A stretch of DNA of 61,968 nt, counting the filler, from Nemertoderma westbladi (taxonomy: Eukaryota; Animalia; Xenacoelomorpha), in the NCBI GenBank assembly GCA_032718475.1. It is 4 parts of 4 records of this genome, joined end to end, with 100 filler letters (N's around TTAATTAATTAA, not from the genome) between each part and the next. Parts side by side here need not be neighbours in the genome. Positions count along the whole stretch, not along the records: positions 16,577 to 39,971 come from JAUCBJ010006942.1; positions 40,072 to 55,543 come from JAUCBJ010000172.1; 2 more parts are not named here. One strand, 5' to 3'. Of the stretch, positions 37,501 to 49,750 are shown piece after piece. Position 1 is the stretch's first letter. The number at the start of each line of letters is the position of its first letter. The notes beneath the pieces were generated by a model that made no database searches, had not been told where the DNA came from, and saw nothing but the letters and a program-made list of their open reading frames with translations. The position numbers were made by a program, and so were the translations under genes.

Positions 37501-39971
37501 ACGAACTAGAAGGTTGCCAATCGACTTTGTTCCATAAAGACAAACTCAATGCAATTCTCAAAGACATGGCGAGAGCTGCTAATCATATTATCCAAGAGTT
37601 TGGGGAACATGGATATCAGTTTGATGGGATTAAGTCGCAGGTATACGGCGCTTTTTTATGGAAAGCGCAGGAGCTGAAGTCGAGTTTCAAGGCGAACGCT
37701 GATATATCGGCGGAAGAACAACAATTAGCGTTGCTGAATGACATGTGTATGTTTGGTAATCAGTTAGCGAACAAGTGCCCCCCGTATCAAAAGAAATTGG
37801 CTTCATGTGCCCAAATTATTTTATCGAAGAAAGAAAGCCTTTACGACAACAAGAACATTACTGGAGAACGGAAACTCAACCTGTCGACACGTCAGGATAT
37901 ATTGCGGTGTTGCGACGAGTTGCGTGATCTCGCTATGGACGCGTGCGCCAGTCTAGTTGTAGATACATTCGTCACAGTTGCTGAGCCGATCAACGACATT
38001 ATTAACTACGTCCACCAGGTTATCGAGAACTCGGCGCCGTCCCTAGTCGATATAGAGACGGCTTATCGCGGCTTCCAGGTTCACCGTTCTCAGGTATGCT
38101 TCACATCCAACGCAGTGCTCGATCTTAGTCACAGCAATGCCAACGCTGTACAAGTTGATGAGTGCATTAATCGTATTGATACTATCGGAGATAAACTTTA
38201 TGAAGGCGTAGAAGACTGCTGTGATTCTCTTGAGGACACATCACTAGAGAGGCTCCACAACCAACACAGACAGTTTACCTCCGACATTAAACTTCTAATG
38301 GATTCATTGCAACGTCTTGTGGGAGCAGAAAGACTTATTGCTACGGCTGAACTAATGATTGAAGAAAATTTAGAGGAAATAGAGAAACATTTGAAAGAAA
38401 AAAACCACCTGAAGGTACGGGAAATTGGATCACAATTAGTCAGCAGGGCTAACAGAGTAGTTTCCATAGCAACAAGTCACGTAGACGAATCTATCAATGC
38501 GATTTACCGCAATGGAGTTCTATCTTATTTGAAGCAGTTGAGCAATGCCATTGATAAAGTGGAGACCACTTCGACTAATATTGATGTGAAGTCGGAATGT
38601 GTGAAATTCCGCAATGGATGCACCGATTGTGTTTTGTTTATAGCGAAAACGCGTCAAGCATTAACTCGTCATCTACAACCTTGGTTGCTCAGTGACAACA
38701 GAAAAAATGTGAGAGATAGGATTGCAGGTTGTGATTCGGATGCAGTGGAATCCAGCCATGTATCTGGACGCCCTAACGGATTACATAAACGTTATGGCTC
38801 GGCCCCGAACTTCCCAACGATCTACGAATCGCAAGAGAGCTTACTGCAGCAACAACACCAGCGAGGTGAATCGTTTGTTCTTTTACATCCCACCGTCAGC
38901 CACCATGTTCCCGCCAACACGGAGTCATTGTTAGCACTCGGCGGAGGTCGTTTTCGTAGCGTCGTAAACCGTATAATTCAACTTATGAAACTCTATGCAT
39001 TCTGGACAGAACCGAGTCCAGCCGTAGAGGAAGTTATATTACAAACTGCCGTGTTGCAGGACAAAGCAAACTATATTAACAGGGAGTTGGGCAAGACTTC
39101 GGAAGATAATTATATTAGTGGAAATCTGTGGGACAAAGCAAATCGGGAACAATCGGAGATTTGCAATAAGACTGAAGAATGTTTATCAATGATGAGGTCA
39201 CTCTGCTCACCTTGGAGCGATGTCTCCCAGTCCTGGTTAGTTCTTCTTCAAACCAACCCCATTGCAGCTAATGATATATCACTGTTCATCAAGGGCACAC
39301 GTACACGCATGTGCGATTTATACATCTTTACGAAAAGTAAACAAATTCATTTATGCGATATGCCTGAACACCTGCCAACTCCAGATGATGTTTTTAGGGA
39401 CATAGAGTCGATTTCAAACGAAATGGTAGATTCGGAGGTTATCTCTGAAAACGACCTTCCAAATTTACAACAAATTTATTGGTGCATTTTGATCGTAGTT
39501 GGTATTGCCATTATCGACAAGAATCTGCAACACTTTCTTCCGGGTTTAGAGAATGTGTTAGAGTTTGGGGATGAAGATGAGACCACAGAAAGCGATGAAG
39601 TGTTATCCTGGATCCAAAAGTCAACAGCTCTACTTTCAAATTTTGGTATTTGCGATGGTCATCTAACCATTCAAGTTAATGATTTACTATCAAAAACCAC
39701 AGATGTCCAACACATGAGGAATTTGGCGGCTGTTAAACGCCAGCAAAGTTTCGCACATAGTAAAGCATTATGTGGTTACCATTTGTTATTTCGTGAATGG
39801 GTAGTCGCCTTGGCAAACGTTATAGAAGCTATCGACATACTTGTTACTAATGGAGGAGAAGTTCCAAGTAAATTATTGAATTTAATCGGCGCCGAATCGG
39901 AATTTCAGTTGCCACACACGAAGCACAGAATTCTTATCGAATACCAAACTGCCTGTCAACAAGAAATGGCT
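31573..39971 (+). CDS. Divergent vinculin/alpha-catenin family protein, 3' end lost in gap; exons 31573-31752, 36172-36344 and 37184->39971
   Basis: Three exons splice in frame (phase 0, then phase 2) with canonical sites. Helical-bundle motifs resemble vinculin D1 (KSALDIILPI; EVLVAWNKIEVDRIVNSC; MADKRAKD) and the alpha-catenin middle region (VVDTFVTVAEPI). Family call is from recall, not an HMM. Confidence 0.7.
33225..34056 (+). repeat. 39-bp G-rich minisatellite inside the Sola element (about 21 copies)
   Basis: Unit GGTGACGTTGGAGGGGGACATACAGAGGGGAGTGGGAGT, translating as GDVGGGHTEGSGS. Confidence 0.95.
34785..35290. repeat. Degenerate ~36-40-bp AT-rich tandem repeat in the Sola 3' region
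   Basis: Recurrent TATTAAACTCATATTTGTATAAAAC(T/C)G. Confidence 0.75.
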
Positions 39972-40071
39972 NNNNNNNNNNNNNNNNNNNNNNNNNNNNN
40001 NNNNNNNNNNNNNNNTTAATTAATTAANNNNNNNNNNNNNNNNNNNNNNNNNNNNNNNNNNNNNNNNNNNN
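39972..40071. other. Artificial contig spacer
   Basis: 44 N + TTAATTAATTAA + 44 N. Confidence 0.95.
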
Positions 40072-41391
40072 CCGTATCGGCCAATAGAATTTGAGTTGGC
40101 GTTGATTTTGACCTATCCCAGAGCTACTGAACTGAATTTCCTATCTGTATGCTCATCCTCTGTGTTGGACGGGAGTTTCGGGGAATAAGGGTAGTTGGTA
40201 TCCTCGTATAGAGTGGTAGTCATATGATTCTTTATATGATTCTGTTGTTGTGTTCCCATTTTTCGCCAGACCACCCACCGGCTTTTGGGAAGAACTCTAG
40301 TAAAACTCCTTAAATTATCGAAAGTATAACTGTTATCTAGTCTAAATCATTATCTAACTCACTGGTAGTCATATTATTCTCCCGAACTTTACTTATTAAT
40401 TATATTGTTTGTACTGTTATTTACTGTCAGTTATTAATTGTATCGATTTGTTGATGAAATATTGCCCTTTGGAGAATACGGATAAATCACCCAAAATTCC
40501 CAATTTTCTTGATACACTACAGGTTAGAGAGACAGGCTATATATAACAATTGCGATTTATATCAATGTGGTGTGTATTGAATCTAATGTTATTTAGCAGA
40601 CCCTACATGAGTCAATTGCTGCTCTCTTTATGTGTGATCAAATTTACTGACGGTCGGCAGAATAGTGTGCATGATTGTGATTGGTAACAAAGCATTTCCT
40701 AAAGAATGCGCCTTATACTTTAATCATAAGCAGTATCGTTGCGTTTAGTATAAGTCCTAGCTCTGTTTAAATAGATAGAGCGCCACGTCCTAAAGGAACT
40801 GTTAATATTTCCCGAAAGCCAATAATATCTGTTAACGGCAACCATCCGAGATTGTTTCCCAAATATTAATTTCGCAACGTTTGGTAATATAAATGAGCTT
40901 TTTGATATAAACTTAACAGAAATCTACTCAGTATGTAAATACATAGATTTAGTACTAGCATTGTATAAGTAAATTTAATAATTATTTAATTTATTAGGTT
41001 CGTGAGATTATAGAGTAATATTTTGATTATATCTGGACAGTTATTTTTTTTTGTTTTTGTGATTTCGTGTGTAGTTCAAGTTTTGTGCACTATATAAATC
41101 ATTAATTGTCAATAAATTCTATCTATCTATCTCAGAAATTAATTATTAACGATCAATCGAATAATACAGTAGGTTTACACTGCAACCTTACACTGCAATA
41201 ATAAAATTTAAGCATCCGAATTCAGCCTCCCGGGTGTATCCATCGGGTGAATGATCGCGCATGGGCTGGCTTCGGCTAATGTTTTGTTTATTAGCATAAA
41301 ATATTGTCGTATGCTAAAGGTGTGTTAATTAACTAAAAGACATATAAATTTTGGCAGGTTAAACTGCTAAAGGTCTTCAAAAGCGCGAACA
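40072..41391. mobile_element. LTR related to the solo LTR at 2303-3393; left end lost in gap, with a ~300-bp insertion
   Basis: Collinear blocks TTTGGAGAATAC, GCGCCACGTCCTAAAGGAACTGTTAATATTTCCC and GGCAGGTTAAACTGCTAAAGGTCT, plus the identical terminus GCGCGAACA. Confidence 0.7.
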
Positions 41392-41493
41392 CTGGTACAT
41401 CTACATTACATAAATATGTTCTTGAATGAATATTTATGACATCCTCCTTACGTTAACTAGGTCTTCCTATGACGTCATCCAAGTGAATTACAA

Positions 41494-44230
41494 GGAATCT
41501 AAGTCGCAATAGATTTAAAATTACTAAGACGAGTTGGTAGAATGTTGAAACCATAATAAAATGAGTTTTATTTATGAACACACAACCAGCAAGCTACATA
41601 AAACTGAATTAGACCTTCACTTGCTGAACACCTGCAGAGATGATGGCTTGGTTCCTCACTTCCTGCGTTTTAAGTCGCCAAATCGTTGGCTACTCGGCAC
41701 GCCCCAGTACAAAGCATGCCAACTTCAACTCCTTACAGCTGAGATCGCTTGTAAACGCAGACTCCTACGTTCTCTTGGGCAGCGGGCTGTTGAGTATCGT
41801 AGTATACTGCGTATGTCGTTATCCAGCTTGGACTTTGCTTTTGTTACCCGCGAGAGTGAAAAATCGCTACACCGTTGTCTACAACAGTTTCAGAAAATAC
41901 ACTCAACAAAACTGATCAAACTCCACAAGGAGAACGCACTCGGCTCTCTAAACCCAGATAGCGTTATCTTTAATTATTCCTCATTCGTACTATCTGAGTC
42001 GGAGAAATCTCTCCTCAGTAAGGGTTTAAGATACTCTATAGTCCCTCGCAAGATAGACTATGGAGATTACTTGGTACCCTTTGAGAAACTGTTCCGAGAA
42101 TTAAGGCTCCTTCCTGTTCATCATAAGGATGGGATGAGTTTGGACCTCGTTAAAAATCGACTCCGTGATGTCGCTCTCAGTTCGCTGTACGGTTACAATT
42201 TACGAAAATTGGAATCCAACCTGACGAACAGCGAACGTAAGTCCCTCATGTCTTTGAAGGCTAATAAAGACATTGTCATTGTTAAGCCTGATAAGGGAAA
42301 TGGGATTGTTCTCCTCAATAAGTCAGATTATATCGATAAAGTATTAGCCATTATTAATGATACTTCGAAATTCAAGCGTGTTGACTCCGATGACTGGTTG
42401 GTTGATGCACTACGGGCCGAAGATCGACTTAGCACTTATCTGCGGTCTATCAAGAAGTCCTGGGACATCGATGACAAGACATTCAGTTCGATTTTACCTA
42501 CCGGGACCTACCCAGGTATATTATACGGCTTGCCCAAAGTTCACAAGTTTGGTTGCCCTGCTCGGCCGATTCTGTCGGCCATCATGACCCCTGGCTACAA
42601 CCTCGCCAAGTATCTGGTACCAATTCTGGAACCTACAACCACCAACTCTTACACGGCAAGGGATACTTTCTCAGCCGTTAGGGATATCACGAACATTACT
42701 AATGCTAAGGACGGCTTTATGGTTAGCTTTGATGTTAAAAGCCTGTTTACGAATGTGCCAGTTTCTGAGACTATAACTATAATATTAGATAAACTATTTT
42801 GTGATGGTTGCACACATGTGGGTGGTTGTCCCGCAGCGAATTCAAGCGCCTTTTGGAGTTTTGGTCCAAGGACATAGAATTTATATTTAATGGTGTTAAA
42901 TATAAACAGATTGAAGGCGTTGCGATGGGAAGTCCACTCGGGGGCCAACCTTCGCAAATGCTTTCATGTGTTATCACGAAACCCATTGGCTTGATAATTG
43001 TCCACCTCGGATAAAACCTAAATATTACTCACGATACGTGGATGATATTTTTTGTGTATTTCAATCAAAGTCACAGGCTACTGATTTTTTGAATTATATT
43101 AACACCAAACATAAAAACATTCAATTCACTGCAGAATTCGAAATTGATGGAAAATTGTCTTTTCTGGATATCCTCATTACCAGAATTGACAACCACTTTC
43201 ACACATCTGTTTATCGGAAACCGACGTTCACAGGTTTATATTCACAATTTGATAGTTTTATACCACTAAAATATAAGATAGCTCTAGTTAGCACACTAGT
43301 TTTTCGGGTTTTTAGTATTTGTTCAACCTGGACAAAGTATAACATCGAGCTATCCCATTTAACTGACCTACTATGCCGTAATGGATTTCCCGTAGATTTT
43401 GTCCGGGATCTTATTTGAGACACCCTTATTAAATTAGTTGGGCCTGTTAAACCTCTAGTTACTACAGTACCTAAGAAACGCGTGCTGTTGTGCTTGCCAT
43501 ATTTGGGTGCCCAGTCACATTTACTTTATAAACGACTCCGTATTATATCTAAGGCTTTCCCATCAGAGGAACTGAGAATTATCTCCCTTCCCTCCTGTCG
43601 CTTAAGTAGCTTTTTCCCGTTTAAGGATAAATTACCCTCAGAGCTCCGTCCACTGACCATTTATAAATTTAAGTGCAGTGGCTGTGCGGCCACTTATTTT
43701 GGCAAATCAATACACCACTATAAGGTCAGAGTGTCGGAGCATCTAGGGTTATCACCCTGCACGGGAAAACCTGTCGCACCCAAGCACTCAGCTATACGTG
43801 ATCTCTCACTTGAAACAAATCATAGTGTACATTATGATGACTTTTCAATATTCTCCCGTGCTTCGAACAGTTATGACATCTTAATTAAGGAAAGCATACT
43901 AATTCGAAAATACAGACCTTCTCTCAACATCCAAGAATAATCTTTTCCCTTATTTTTGTTTTGAGCTTACAGTACTTCTTGTTAGGAATTGGCGGGTAAT
44001 TTGAACTTTTGTTGTAGTCCTACACTAGGTTTAATTGTATAACTGTTTTATTGTCCGTTTGTGCCGCTTATTTACGCTGATGATGTTATTAGTAAATAAC
44101 AAAACGTCCGTACTTGCACTGTAAACTCATTTTATTATGGTTTCAACATTCTACCAACTCGTCTTAGTAATTTTAACTCTATTGCGACTTAGATTCCCTC
44201 CTGGGACCTCATTAACTAATTACAAGGAAT
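41494..44230 (+). mobile_element. Penelope-like element (RT + GIY-YIG), 5'-truncated with inverted partial pLTR; frameshifted
   Basis: KPDKGNGIV, YGLPKVHK, SFDVKSLFTNVP, GVAMGSPL, RYVDDIF, VYRKPT and GIY-YIG IYKFKC..C..TYFGKS...RVSEH...KESILI...PSLN. 75-bp IR 41494-41568 / 44123-44197; AATTACAAGGAAT repeated at 41486 and 44218 (TSD-like). Confidence 0.92.
44073..44112 (+). ncRNA. Minimal type I hammerhead ribozyme motif in the pLTR, with GAAA mutated to AAAA
   Basis: TACG-CTGATGA-T-GTTATT(AGTA)AATAAC-AAAA-CGTC-CGTA: stem I, core, stem II, palindromic stem III and GUC site. Confidence 0.7.
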
Positions 44231-45879
44231 TCCAACCATCCTTTTCCCAATCCATACCGGTACACCAGTAGTAGAAGTGGCCACACAATTAATTATTGAT
44301 AATAATTCATGATTTCATACGATAAAATACTGTATAATAAAATAATAGTTTCAATAAAAAGCTGTAGTGGGGATGTAATCGCTTTAGTATATAGCTCTTC
44401 ATTAAAAACCTAATGTGATTCAATGTTTGTTTCCAGTTGTCATAGTTGTCGATTTATCTCGCCAGATTAAGATAAATATTTTCTAGAGAGATATTAATTT
44501 TCTCGCGAGGTAATATTTAATAAATAAAATCGCAAAATAAATCATTTATATATAATCGTTATATATATATATATATATATCTTAGATTTACCTCCAGAGA
44601 TTATAATTTTTCTCTCGAACAAATAAAGTTCATAACAACCTTAAAAATGTCGAATAAAAATACTAATAAAAGTTTAATTATTCAATGTGTAAACTTACTT
44701 ACCATTTGTATCGCTCTGAGAGAAGAAACCAGCAGTTCGTTACTCCATTTATCTCGATTCTCGTAATCTCCAACTCCCAGTATCTCTTCATCGTATTGAT
44801 ATTCGAAGTTGTTGCCATCGTAGAGTACCCACCTATGGAATAGCCACAAATTACTATATTTCTTCCTTTATTTATTTTTTTAACTACAATTATTCCTGAA
44901 GATAAATTTGGATGAGGATATGTTGTACTTAAGAAACTTCGTAAGTATTCTTCGTTCGTATACTGTATTAGATCAACTAAAACTGCCCAAACTGAGGTTG
45001 ATTTTTGACAAAAAATAAAGTTTTCAAATATGGAAACCTTTTTATCAGTTGAAAGGTCTTTCTGTGAACACAGTGGTTCTACCGAAAGCTCATTAAGAAA
45101 CATGAAAAAAATTAGCTTTGAAAGAGCGTCTTTCATGTAACAAAAATGCCATGTCATGTAACATTAAATTTTGGAATGTTTATCAAACTGTCATTCATGT
45201 AACGAAAACATTTACTCATGTTTCGATGTTAGTAGTGGTAGTGTATCCCTCCCCCCGCCCCAGCGTTTTTTTTTAAACAAAAACGTAATGGTTCATAAAT
45301 TTAAAAAGTAACAGGGTGTTTAAAATCTCCCACATTAGGCATACAAGGGGGGGGGGGGGGGGTGTAGAGTCTTAGAGTGGGGCTTAAAATCCGAGAAAAT
45401 TGATTAATTCACCTTCTCACACGACCTATCTCACTGATCTTGCTCGCTACGTTCGTTCGGTAGATCAGTGTTCATGGGATGAGCATTAAATTAATAAACA
45501 TTTTTTGATTTACCGTACAATAAATAGTTATACTGTAATACACCGTAAATTGTAAATAATCATACATTATATGTATCAGTGCATATGATAGTAGTGTGAT
45601 AGTGATAGTGATAGTAGTGTTACGATAGTACTACTGTATGTATACATACATACCCATATTACGGTGTACCGGTACTGAACTTTGTACATAATTATTTATC
45701 TAAATTAGTTTATCTTTACATTAAAAACCAACCGTGGCCATATCCCAGTTTTATCTCAACTTAATATTAATTTAACAATAATACATTTTGCTGCTTGGTT
45801 TGTGTTTTTGTATTCCCACTAGAACAACGTAGAAGCAGTTCTACGTTTTAATTTACATTTTAATTGAAACATTTACAGT

Positions 45880-46045
45880 TAATAATAATAATATTAATTA
45901 TTTATATATCGCTTTTCTTTGCTCGGCATACTCAAAGCGCTTTTATTATTATTACCCCAGCAAAGCCAGGTTCCCATTATACCGCTGGGTTGGGGTAGGC
46001 ACTAATGTCTAAAGTGTCTTTCCTAAGGACACAACAGAGTGCGAA
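45880..46045 (-). mobile_element. SINE remnant (CORE/V/Meta-type central block, L2-like tail)
   Basis: Minus strand reads GTTGTGTCCTTAGGAAAGACACTTTA...ACCCAGCGGTATAATGGGAACC then AAGCGCTTTGAG...AAAGCGATATATAAAT(ATT)n. Confidence 0.6.
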
Positions 46046-46058
46046 ATTTATAGAGCCT

Positions 46059-46655
46059 TACTACTACTACTACTACTACTACTACGATCGGTATGCTGCA
46101 TTGCAGCTGTAACATATATATTATATACATATATATTAAGAATGCTGTGCCGGCTTGTCGACAAAATTGCGCCGCCACAACTCCCTGTCACCCATGAAAT
46201 TTGCTAGATCATCCGCATATTCAAGGCCAGTGTCTTTTAAGATGCGTCTCAAGAAAATCATGGGCTATCCACCATCGCCATGCTTATTCGCTCCATGAGG
46301 CAGCCAAAGCACAAGATTGCGCTGGCTGGTCCTCACGGCGAATGCAATGTCCCGCGAAGCGGAGGCTGTTCCGTTCAAGTGTCAAGCTATGGGAGACTAA
46401 TGGAACACCTGCAATGTTGTAGAGAGTCTGGTTGGAGATGTGTTCATTGTACTCGACACAGTGATCCCGGCGTAGCATTCTTGTGAATGTACCATCCAGA
46501 GATTTGGTATCCTTTGTTCAGTTAGAGCCCAGCATGGACTCCAATATAAGAGTACTGGTACTACTACTGCCATAAATAATCGAGCCTTAAGGTTCCGTTT
46601 TATCCTAATGGAATTCCAAATCCTGGACAGACTATTTAACGCTGCCCATGCAGCA
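46059..46655 (-). mobile_element. 3' fragment of an RTE LINE, same family as 5850-6822
   Basis: High similarity to 5850-6400; (TAG)n tail; AWAALNSLSRIW...LFMAVVVPVLLY...LRFAGH. Confidence 0.88.
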
Positions 46656-46947
46656 TTAAACATGCACTCTATACATCCTTATGTCGGATTCGAACATACG
46701 CCACCAAACACTATTGTGTAAGTAGCTGCGACATTTTTAATTTTTAATAGTTAAAAAACTAATAAAAATTAAACAGCCCAGAGAGGGCCTATTGCCTAAT
46801 AATTATTTAATTGAAATAATTATTTCAAAACAACGTTACCGGTAACTATGGAAAAAAATTGATTTGATTATTATGATTTGATTTGATACATGGCCCAAAA
46901 ATACGTGTGAGACAGACAACTCAAGACTAACTGTAAATATTGTATTG

Positions 46948-47409
46948 ATGGAAGATGATGACATTGAATATGCAGAATTGATTGAAGGATGTTGCGAATG
47001 TCTAATAATATGTCTAAACATATGTTGCTGCACGTCTGACGTAACTTATGTAGATTCTTCTAATAACCCGCCTCAACGAGGGACGAATAGGCCTACATCA
47101 AGAGGTGCAGAAACGCATAGGCTTCCTAATACAGTTCAACCAAGCAGTAATATAATTGTACACACCATCAAACCTAATGAGACTCTATTTGAAATCGCCC
47201 AACAATACGGTTGCAGTGTGAATCAGATCAAACTTCTAAACGGTATCTATGGTGATAGTTGTTTATTCCAGAAAACTACGCTAGATATACCTCTCCCCCC
47301 CGTGGAAGTTTCTTCACTTATACTAAATGAAAGCCGCGGCTCAGTTTCAGGTTCGGTAAACGATATGCCTGAACCCATTGACAAGCCGCCAAAAAGCCTT
47401 CCGTTGTGA
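46948..47409 (+). CDS. Single-exon LysM-domain protein (LYSMD-like) with Cys-rich N-terminus, 153 aa
   Basis: HTIKPNETLFEIAQQYGCSVNQIKLLNGI...LFQKTTLDIP is a canonical animal LysM domain; ATG at 46948. Confidence 0.8.
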   Translation: MEDDDIEYAELIEGCCECLIICLNICCCTSDVTYVDSSNNPPQRGTNRPTSRGAETHRLPNTVQPSSNIIVHTIKPNETLFEIAQQYGCSVNQIKLLNGIYGDSCLFQKTTLDIPLPPVEVSSLILNESRGSVSGSVNDMPEPIDKPPKSLPL

Positions 47410-47484
47410 AATGAATGTTGAATAACGCGGTCATAAAGTTGGTAACTCAATTCAATTAAATTCAATATTAATAATAAGTGAATT

Positions 47485-48064
47485 CTGCCCTTCTAAGGCA
47501 AAACCATGTAACTCAAAAAAAATCGAGTTTTGAGAAAAATCAACCTAAAGTTAACGAATCTACACGAAAACATGTGAATGTCTGTGTGAACATTTTCAAC
47601 ACTAAAAGTTAGTCAAATAGTATATTTAAATACATAGAAAGTCTTAGAGCTCCAAACTTAAGCTAGCTTATTTAAAAAATATATTTTATTTTGATTTTCG
47701 AGTTACATGGATTTACCTTACAAATTCTAACCAGTTTAATTATATTACATCATGTAAATTATATAAATTTCAACAGCTGTTCTAAGCCAAAACAATGTAA
47801 CTCGCTTGATATACATGGTGTACGCTTATAGTTAGTTACATGGAGTGTCATTATCACATTAGGGTTACATGGTTCTGCCTTGGCATGCCTTAACAAATTC
47901 ATATATAATGCAGTTACATTCTACCCCCTTTTTAAACCCTTTAGAGTTTAGATGCACTCTATTAAGTTCTACCACCAGATAGAGCTCGCCGAAAGCTTTA
48001 AAATGATACCAATATCTCATTTTCGTCAAAATTCAAGTTACATAGGTCTGCCTTAGGACGGCAG
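47485..48064. mobile_element. Sola-like non-autonomous element (580 bp)
   Basis: TIR CTGCCCTTCTAAGGCAAAACCATGTAACT / AGTTACATAGGTCTGCCTTAGGACGGCAG, 4-bp TSD AATT and internal CATGTAACT repeats. Confidence 0.75.
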
Positions 48065-48752
48065 AATTGTTGTGAACACTCCTTGATTGAGTAAATTGAA
48101 TTAGATTACCCCGGATAAATGTTGTTACAATCATCAGGAAATCTGTAGAAATCTCAAGTATTTTAATTTTACTTACATTCCGCAAGTGATCTTGATGCTT
48201 TTCACATTATTATCCATTTGTCTCAACTGCAAACTTAACTGGTTTGCATCGCCGTTTGTGTGGAAAGTTTGTCCCTGTAAAAGAATAAAGTCATTTAGGA
48301 AGGATTTATTTAAATTGGTACAACTACTGGTTGGTGTTTAGATTATAATACTGTTTGGCTAAAAGGGTAACCACTTTTATAAAATTAGCTTATTGTCTGT
48401 ACTAAAAGACAGTATGGCATCAGGAGAGCAGGCATTCTTTGAAAACATCTGCTGCAAGGGATTTTAAATATCACATAACTATGTAGTTCTGTGTAGGCTC
48501 ATATGAAAATTAGTAAGACCACAAATTATATCATTCCAAGATTACAGAGTTTTTGCACCAAATATACTTTTTTTTACCGCCCCAAACCGATAGCCCCAAA
48601 TTTCATGTTTTCTGTCAGCAATATACATTACGGCTACGTCGAAATATATATTTCGTTCCCAGATTACAGACTTTTAGAAAACAAATTATTTAAATCGTAC
48701 AAATGTATTTTTTATTTATTATTATTTATATTTTTATATTCGATAACAACAT

Positions 48753-48978
48753 CGTTTATTTTTTTGGTTAGAAAAAGCCGTCTCTGTAACCTGCTACTTT
48801 CCCTCAATTGGTAACAAATAGTTTATTGTTTTGGTTAGAAAAAGCCGTCTGTGTAACCTGCTCCTTTCCCGCATTTGGAAACAACATCGCTTATTGTTTT
48901 GGTTAGAATAAGACGCCCTGTAACCTGCTTATTTCCCTCAATTGGTAACAACATTTTTTATTGTTTTGGTTAGAAAAT
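48753..48978. repeat. ~62-66-bp tandem repeat (also at 55665-55878 and 56340-56410)
   Basis: TTTATTGTTTTGGTTAGAAAA...CTGTAACCTGCTCCTTTCCC units. Confidence 0.8.
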
Positions 48979-49750
48979 GGTATCCATTTTTGATAGAGCT
49001 ACCCAAGCCTTTGTTTGCTTTCCTAACCTCTGTCCTTTTTGCTACTCTCTATCCATGATCCAAGGTACTGGAAGTCATCGACCTTCCTTAGTTGATTATT
49101 ATCAATGGTTGTCAAGTTTCCATCAACATTACAGGTCATGAATTCGGTCTTGGTAGCATTTATATGCAATCCAACCTCCTTAGCAGCCCTCTCCACTTTA
49201 TTTAGTGGAAGCTGTGCATCTGCTAGCGTATTAGAGAGCAGGGCGATGTCATCCGCAAAGTTGTAGTTGCCGGATATCTACTACTTCTGCGTTCTTGAAG
49301 TGTGAATCCCAGATCTTCACCCTTTGTGGCCGTCCTCATTGCGTAATCCAGCACAATTACAAATAGTAATCGTGCTAATGTGTCACCTTGCAGTACGCCA
49401 GCCAGGATTGAGAAAAACTCAGTTTCACCATCTGGTGAGAGTACCTACGCTTCTGTGTCACAATATAACAATCCAATACCAGCAACAATTACTTCTGGTA
49501 TTCCATAAGCTCTTAGGATTTCAAGCATTTTACCTCTATGGATGGAGTCGAATGCCTTCTTGAAGTCCACAAAAGTCATGACTGCGGGGAGATTCTTTGA
49601 CTTAATTCCTTCAATCAGTCTCCGTAGTGCAAGGATCTGAGCTATTGTTGATCTACTTGGTCGAAATCCGTTTTGGCTCTTACGTAGTAGTTTCTCTATG
49701 TGAGGCCTAATCCTATATAGAATCATTTTATTGTATATTTTGGCAGCTAC
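48979..49750 (-). mobile_element. RTE LINE reverse-transcriptase fragment
   Basis: QNGFRPSRST, FVDFKKAFDSI, GVLQGDTLA, FADDIALL and FQYLGSWI, with stops and deletions. Confidence 0.88.

Noticed and set aside
44699-45157. 152-aa minus-strand ORF
   Set aside because: AT-rich with no recognisable motif or splice context; possibly decayed TE sequence.
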